Shown piece by piece: positions 58,061 to 64,000 of a stretch of DNA of 64,000 bases. The stretch is from Selaginella moellendorffii. Lineage: Eukaryota; Plantae; Lycopodiophyta. The DNA lies in NCBI RefSeq assembly GCF_000143415.4, contig NW_003314347.1:581438-645437 (forward strand), written 5' to 3'. Both the position numbers and the translations under genes were made by a program. How positions within the stretch are numbered: position 1 is the first letter of the stretch; the number at the start of each line of letters is the position of its first letter. A model generated the notes under the pieces. The model saw nothing but the letters and a program-made list of their open reading frames with translations, did not search any database and had not been told where the DNA came from.

Positions 58061-60675
58061 ACATGCAGTGTTGGCATGGATAGCAGAGGTGGTGGAGGTT
58101 GCTGTACTATCTTTTGTTGATTTGCAGCTATTGGTTGGTCCTCAAGATCTCTAGGGACATCTATTGGCCTCTCTGGAAGTGGTGGATCTGCAACTTGAGG
58201 AAAAACTTTAAACAAGGATGCATTATGTGAATCTGCTATCTTGGTATTTGCAACAGATAGTGAATCCTCACTCTCTAATAAGGCTGTGTGATAATCCAGC
58301 TCTTGTTGAAGCTTGGAGAAGCTTTCCACAAACACAAAGAGCCAAGAAGGAACCAAGAGCTAACCTCTTTCCTATACTTCTTATTTGTGTAGGCATGAAA
58401 TATGCAAGGTGCAACAAATGCTTGGTTGTAGGATAAGTCTAGAAGTAACCCCAAGTAGAAATAAATTGCTTTTGAGGGTAAAGTACTTGCCACATGCTCT
58501 AGGACACTTGAGAAAATGCCCAAAATGCAAATGGATGCAAATGAAACCCAAGACTATGTAGAAACTTTTTCTAAAAGTAACATTTACGAAAAACTCAAAG
58601 AAATTCACTCAATTCTTTCAATCATGGCAAATATTTACCTCAAGAGAAAAACATAGTAAGTCTCAAATTATAGAGCTCCTAAAATTATGCTCTTGGGCTT
58701 CGAAGAAAGCTCTTGACCTCCATTATAGCTCCATGTAGGAAAAAATTAAAAAATTCTTTCCAAGAAACAATGAGTAGTTCAAAAACTTTTCCCCATGTTC
58801 GAAATAAACAAGTGTGAGGGAAAAGTTACTCCAAATCACTTCAAACTGACTCAAATCTCACATGCAAACCCTTCAAAGAAAGCATCTATCAAAAGAGCCC
58901 AAAAAAAATTGAAATGATGGTATATCCAATTTATGCCAAGCTTCCAAAGTTGTTATTATATACACTGTGAAGAAATGGAAGTTGTAGTATGTGTTGATTA
59001 TTGCACCAAATCCAGGAATTCTGATGTTAAATCACATATCTCAACAAGATCTACAAACCTATGATTGCCATTTCTCAAATTAATTTCCCAATCAGCCCTG
59101 ACGAAAAGAAAATTGATTTATCTTTTCCAAAAAGAAAAAAAACTTAAGAAATCCTTAACATTTGAGCATGGTACTTACAATTTTGTAGTTGGGCACATAC
59201 TTGCAGCAAGACTATAATAATCAACTGAATAATACTCAAGTAAAATTATATAGATCATAATTGATTTAGAAAATAAATCTATGTGGAGAGGAGGCCACTG
59301 CATCACTGCATTGATCTACTAACAATTGTTGGCCAATATTAATGCTCCTAACGATCCACAAAGCCAAAAAGAAGGAATTGGCTTCCTCCTCCACATTGCA
59401 CCGAAACTTTGGAGATCCTTCAAGTGGATTGGGAGTCCTTTTGATACAAACCCCCACAAGCGTTTAGAACATTGGATTCCTGCGTCTTCATCCAGTTTGT
59501 TGTCATGGAAATCCTGGCCGGTTGCAATGCACGAGAATATTGTCAGGAGCCTCTCCAAAGAGATGCTTTGTCTGCCTGGACCTTTGAGTTGCCTCTCCAT
59601 CTTGTTTCTTCCGTGGCTGAAAGAGAACTCCTGTAATGGAAACACGTAAGAGAAGACAAGAAAAATTGAGCTTCACCTTCTCCTTTGTTTCCTTGAGCCA
59701 CTGCGTGGCGGGCATCAAAAATTGTAAATCGCTGGTGACCCTCCACCTGGTAACTCCAATAACTTTCCTGGTGCTCTCGGGAGCAATGCTTCCGAACAAG
59801 CAAGGGAAACAAAATTTCTTCACGCTTATCAAGCCACACGTTCGCAGCTTCTTGGGACGGGCTTGCAGCCTCACCTGGCGCGTAGTACTGCTCAAACAGA
59901 GGCTCTAGCAGCATCATGAGCTCGGTTATTCTCCGTGTTGCTCAACTAAACGGCTTCAACACGGCACTGGAGAAACTGGGAAGCCGGAACAAAACGGATA
60001 AAAGGTTTTGTCCACCACTCCAGTTCCTGATCAATGTTTTCAATGATGAGGTAGACAACCCCTGTTTCTCGTTTGAACCAGCTCAAGTTGCCAAACATAG
60101 TTCGCTATTGGACTTGCCGTTTAATGGAGACGAGCAGCTCTGTACCGCAAAAACGTCAAGAGAAATGAACAAATGAAAGATAAAAGAAACATGTGGTACT
60201 CTGGAAGACGAACAGCCTCCTCGCAAGCATCTGGAAGACATTCCACAAAATCCGAGGATCTCTCACACTTGCGCGCGCTGGAGTAGCCATTTCGGCGCTC
60301 CTCGAGCCTGTTGATGATCGATTCAAACAAAGTCCTGGCGGCATGGCACGATGCGTATGCGTATGGCCTGCAAATGCCGGAAGATCTCTTTCCTTACCCG
60401 GGAAAATCACGTACCAGGAGCGCAAGGATCTCTTGCCTCGATCCCGTCTTCCTAATGTCGGCAGCGCTCGCGCATTCCTAGAAGGACAAACCGTAGGCAT
60501 TACTTTTACCAATAAATATTGGTCTAGGACAGGTTTGTGAGAAGATGCTAAACACTAGAGGAACCAGAGAGTAAAAGAGTAAAACTTTGCATTGCATCCA
60601 TGCTTCATAATTCATATATATGGTATTTTATATTTTTATATATATATATATATATGGTAAATCTTGCATTATTTT

Positions 60676-61584
60676 TTAGTAGGTAAATCTCCAACATCCA
60701 TTTGTTTGTGTTGCCCATACAGGTTCTTGTGGGTCACCGGTTCTGTATAAAACTACATTACAGTCATCTTGGAGTAATAGCTCTGAGTTTGCATAACAAT
60801 TTGGAAGAGGTTCACAATAAGTAACTGTAGACCAAACTGATTTTATATGGAATGCACTGTAAATTACCATATTACCGTCTGGTTGCAATATCACCTCACA
60901 ATCAAAGCTGATATCTACTATATTTGAACTCCACCCTATTGTCTTCTTGATAATTAAAACAAGATTACAGTTGTCTAGCATCACAAAGAAATACTGCTGC
61001 TTAGTGTTTGTTAATTTCCTGTTCTTGTCAAGCTTTGCAAAAACATCATATTTATTCCCTGGTAACAGAGTATACTGAAAAGGTGAAGAAATGTCTTGTT
61101 GTGAAATAGAAATTGCCGATAATTGTGGCTGCTGGGAAATTGGAATTCTTAAAACCCGGTATTGAAAAATAAACCTTCCATAAGGAGATGCAATTCCAAA
61201 AATTGAATACATAGAGCCTCTATTAATGAAATCATCTCGCATGTAATTAAAAGCATGCAAAATTGTCTCAAAAGCTCCGTTATTATAGATTTGTACAACA
61301 CCAGGGGCAAGATTAAAAGAATTTATACCAGCATTATGAAGATAAAGAGTTACAATAATTCTTTTATTAGTATTAGGAACACGAATGATACTATCAAAAC
61401 TTGTATATGGATTTGTCACACTATTAATTGGTAATATAGATCTTAAAAAAGTAGTTGTTAGTACTCTAAACAAGATTGTCATTTGAGATTGACTTAGAAC
61501 TCTTCCATTCTCATAAAATGGACCATAGAGTAAATCAGCATCAGAGCTATTAATAAAAAATAAGAATATTAATAATAGCTTCAT
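60676..61584 (-). CDS. Secreted protein: unknown N-terminal domain plus C-terminal bulb-type (GNA/B-type) mannose-binding lectin domain, intronless
   Basis: Signal peptide MKLLLIFLFFINSSDA; lectin motifs MLDNCNLVL, QPDGNMVIY, QDDCNVVLY and VWAT; 302-codon ORF intact in very AT-rich DNA. Confidence 0.85.
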   Translation of the reverse strand: MKLLLIFLFFINSSDADLLYGPFYENGRVLSQSQMTILFRVLTTTFLRSILPINSVTNPYTSFDSIIRVPNTNKRIIVTLYLHNAGINSFNLAPGVVQIYNNGAFETILHAFNYMRDDFINRGSMYSIFGIASPYGRFIFQYRVLRIPISQQPQLSAISISQQDISSPFQYTLLPGNKYDVFAKLDKNRKLTNTKQQYFFVMLDNCNLVLIIKKTIGWSSNIVDISFDCEVILQPDGNMVIYSAFHIKSVWSTVTYCEPLPNCYANSELLLQDDCNVVLYRTGDPQEPVWATQTNGCWRFTY

Positions 61585-63764
61585 AATATATTAAAAAATA
61601 ATGGTTTAAGTAATGTGAAGTATAAATTATTTAATATGACTTTTGGAATTTATTTTAATATAATGCCATAGTTAAGGGATTTAGTTTTAATAAATTAGCT
61701 TAGCTAAACTAAAAAATAAATTTTCATTTTAAATATTAATATTCGCAATTATTTAACTAAAAACTAAAAAATAATAACCTAAATTATTTTGAAAAGAAAT
61801 ATGGAAAAATTTTATATAAGCATTCCAGATGGTAAAATTTTGTAAATCTTGTTTAGATGACAAAATTTTAATCATCATCCAAAAAACTTTTAAACATATT
61901 TTGCTTAACATACGCCACTAATAAATATATTTTAAATAATTGAGGAAGAATATATTATTTAGGAATTTATTATTTTCCTAGAGAAGAAAATAATAAATAT
62001 TTCATGATAGAAATCAAATAATATAAATTTATGACATAAAAAATCTTTAATTATTTATAATAATATTATTATTATTTTAATATTACAACAATATTTTAAT
62101 TTTTGTAATGTATCATAGTGTGTAATACCTAATAGTTTAATACTTACAATACACAAGACACTTGTAATCCCTTTAACTATATCTTTTCATTTTGGCAGTT
62201 TAATAAAATATAAGAAAAACAACTATTGATATTAATATAATATAATATGTTTAGAAAAGTTATATATGTGAATTATATAAAATAATTAAATAGTAATTAT
62301 TTTACCAAATATGAAAGTGTCATTGAAACAAAATACAAAGCTATTTTAATTAAATTTATATATAAGTTATTTATATGATTTATATTTCTTATTATTATTT
62401 ATCGTTTTTTCTTCAATATAAGGAATACTAAAATAAAATTGGAATGCAAATGAATGATCTAAAAAGTATAAAAAATAAAACAAAAATATTTTATGCTAAA
62501 ATTTGAATTTATTTTTTATAATAGATACCATTTCTAAGATGACCATGAAAGTATAAAAAATATAAATTTAAAATTTCTATATTAAAAAAATCTAATGTTT
62601 TAACTGTAAATGTTATATAAATTTAAAATAATTAAGAGTAAATTAATTTACAAGGATTTTTTATATTTATAATATTCTTACACAATTTGTAACAATGAAT
62701 GTCATAACAAAAAATTTATTATGTTGCAAAATTTAATTATGAATTACAACACTATTTAAAAATAGTAGATAAAATTCAAAAAAATTCATAATTATTTATA
62801 TTTTAATTTTTTGTTGAAAACTGCAATTCTATATGAAAAACTTAAATAGGATTATGTTCTATATGTTTTGTTTGCTTATAGAAGGTATATAAGACATATA
62901 TTTAGAATACTCTAGTATATTCTAAAATATTTCTTAATAAAATGGTATTTGGACAATAGTTATAACTGAAGTAACAGTCTCAATCATGAGTGTGAACCTT
63001 TTCATATAAAACTAAAGCTGTAAGTCTTTAAACATTAAATAAAGTTTTATGACTATTTAATTGCTCTTGAGTGCATAGGAAGATCTTAAAGTAGCATCAC
63101 GTTTAGAAACAATACTATATAGCATGAATTAGAGCTTTGATACTATTTACCTTGGAGCATAATTTATAGTTTTCACTGAATTCAACCAACGAAAGTAATA
63201 AATGTTTTTTCACTCCAGAGATTTATTTAAATCCAGAGAAATATAGAAATAAGGCAAATTTATAATGGAAATGAGTTTGTGATCTTATTGAAAAACACCT
63301 AATCTAAAGGAGAAAGTGCTCTACCATTTTAACATTTAAAATTTAACATGCTCATGCCAAAGTTCATTATTTTGCAAACTATAGATAATATGAATTTTGG
63401 TTACAAAAGAATAGATTGGAAAAAAGAAAAGTTTTTATAGCAATTCTTGATTAAAATTGTATTGTGAATACATAAAAATCCAAAACAATAGTGCAACAAA
63501 TTATGTCATAATCAACTTAACAAAACTATATCTTACCACATTTGTATCCTTTTTTCGTGGGAGCTATCAACAATAATATATCTAACATATTTCAACTGGT
63601 TGTACCATTATCATATAAGTAATTTAAAACATATAATTTAAATTGCTAGTTTCGCTTGGTTTTGTTCCTTTAATCTGGTCATTAATTTCAGGAAAAAAGA
63701 AATTTATTTTGTGTTAAATTACTAAAACAACAGAACACCTACTAAAATCAATTGTGTGATTCTT

Positions 63765-64000
63765 CTAGTGGAGGACATAGATCAAGTCCCTATACACAAG
63801 CTGTATAGACGAGGTTGGATTGGTACTAACATAGGAAACCAAGGAACAATGTGTTCCAGGGGGACGGTAAAGGCCCAACGCCAAGGAGGCCTTGTCGTTG
63901 CGCAATAGTCCAGCGAACATCTCCCCAAAGCTCAAGCCAATGTAGCAGTCTGGTACTGGAATTAGCTCCAGCTTGCGTATCGAGTTTACTTCACCATCTT
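63765..64000 (-). CDS. C-terminal end of a Slo/BK-type (RCK-domain) potassium channel gene; 5' part lies beyond the window
   Basis: 77 codons then TAG: ...YIGLSFGEMFAGLLRNDKASLALGLYRPPGTHCSLVSYVSTNPTSSIQLVYRDLIYVLH*. This matches the BK RCK2 tail pattern (YGxLF...GxYR...YVxTNP...L...DxIxxL). Confidence 0.8.
   Translation of the reverse strand, partial: DGEVNSIRKLELIPVPDCYIGLSFGEMFAGLLRNDKASLALGLYRPPGTHCSLVSYVSTNPTSSIQLVYRDLIYVLH

Larger units (their letters stand above)
50600..59150. repeat. Decayed repeat / transposon graveyard, CpG-depleted
   Basis: No intact genes, very few CG dinucleotides, several diverged direct and inverted copies, degenerate gag. Confidence 0.8.

Overview
This is eukaryotic plant nuclear DNA, not a prokaryote. 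It is very gene-dense with ~50-60 bp introns, an SS-rich PLS-class PPR gene and a BK-channel remnant, which fits a lycophyte such as Selaginella (inference). 1-50.5 kb is a compact gene block: CKX (partial), an AT-hook orphan, PPR, ALAD/HEMB, a DSE1-like WD40 gene, a UBE2W-like UBC, TBCD, tRNA-Leu(UAG), a LIN/CERBERUS-like U-box/WD40 gene, an intronless 899-aa 2OG-Fe(II) oxygenase plus a scrambled pseudogene of it, nsLTP, KEA3, two S1/P1 nucleases, alpha-tubulin, an AKR and an ethanolamine kinase. A young 5.0-kb Ty3/gypsy element sits 154 bp downstream of the tRNA. It has 174-bp LTRs differing at one base, a 6-bp TSD, and a GGGAAAC slippery site followed by an H-type pseudoknot for -1 gag-pol frameshifting. 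50.6-59 kb is CpG-poor decayed repeat DNA. 60.6-63.7 kb is a very AT-rich island holding a secreted protein with an unknown N-terminal domain fused to a bulb-type lectin. The window ends in the C-terminus of a Slo/BK-type K+ channel gene that the ORF track missed. Exon boundaries were read by eye and no database searches were run.
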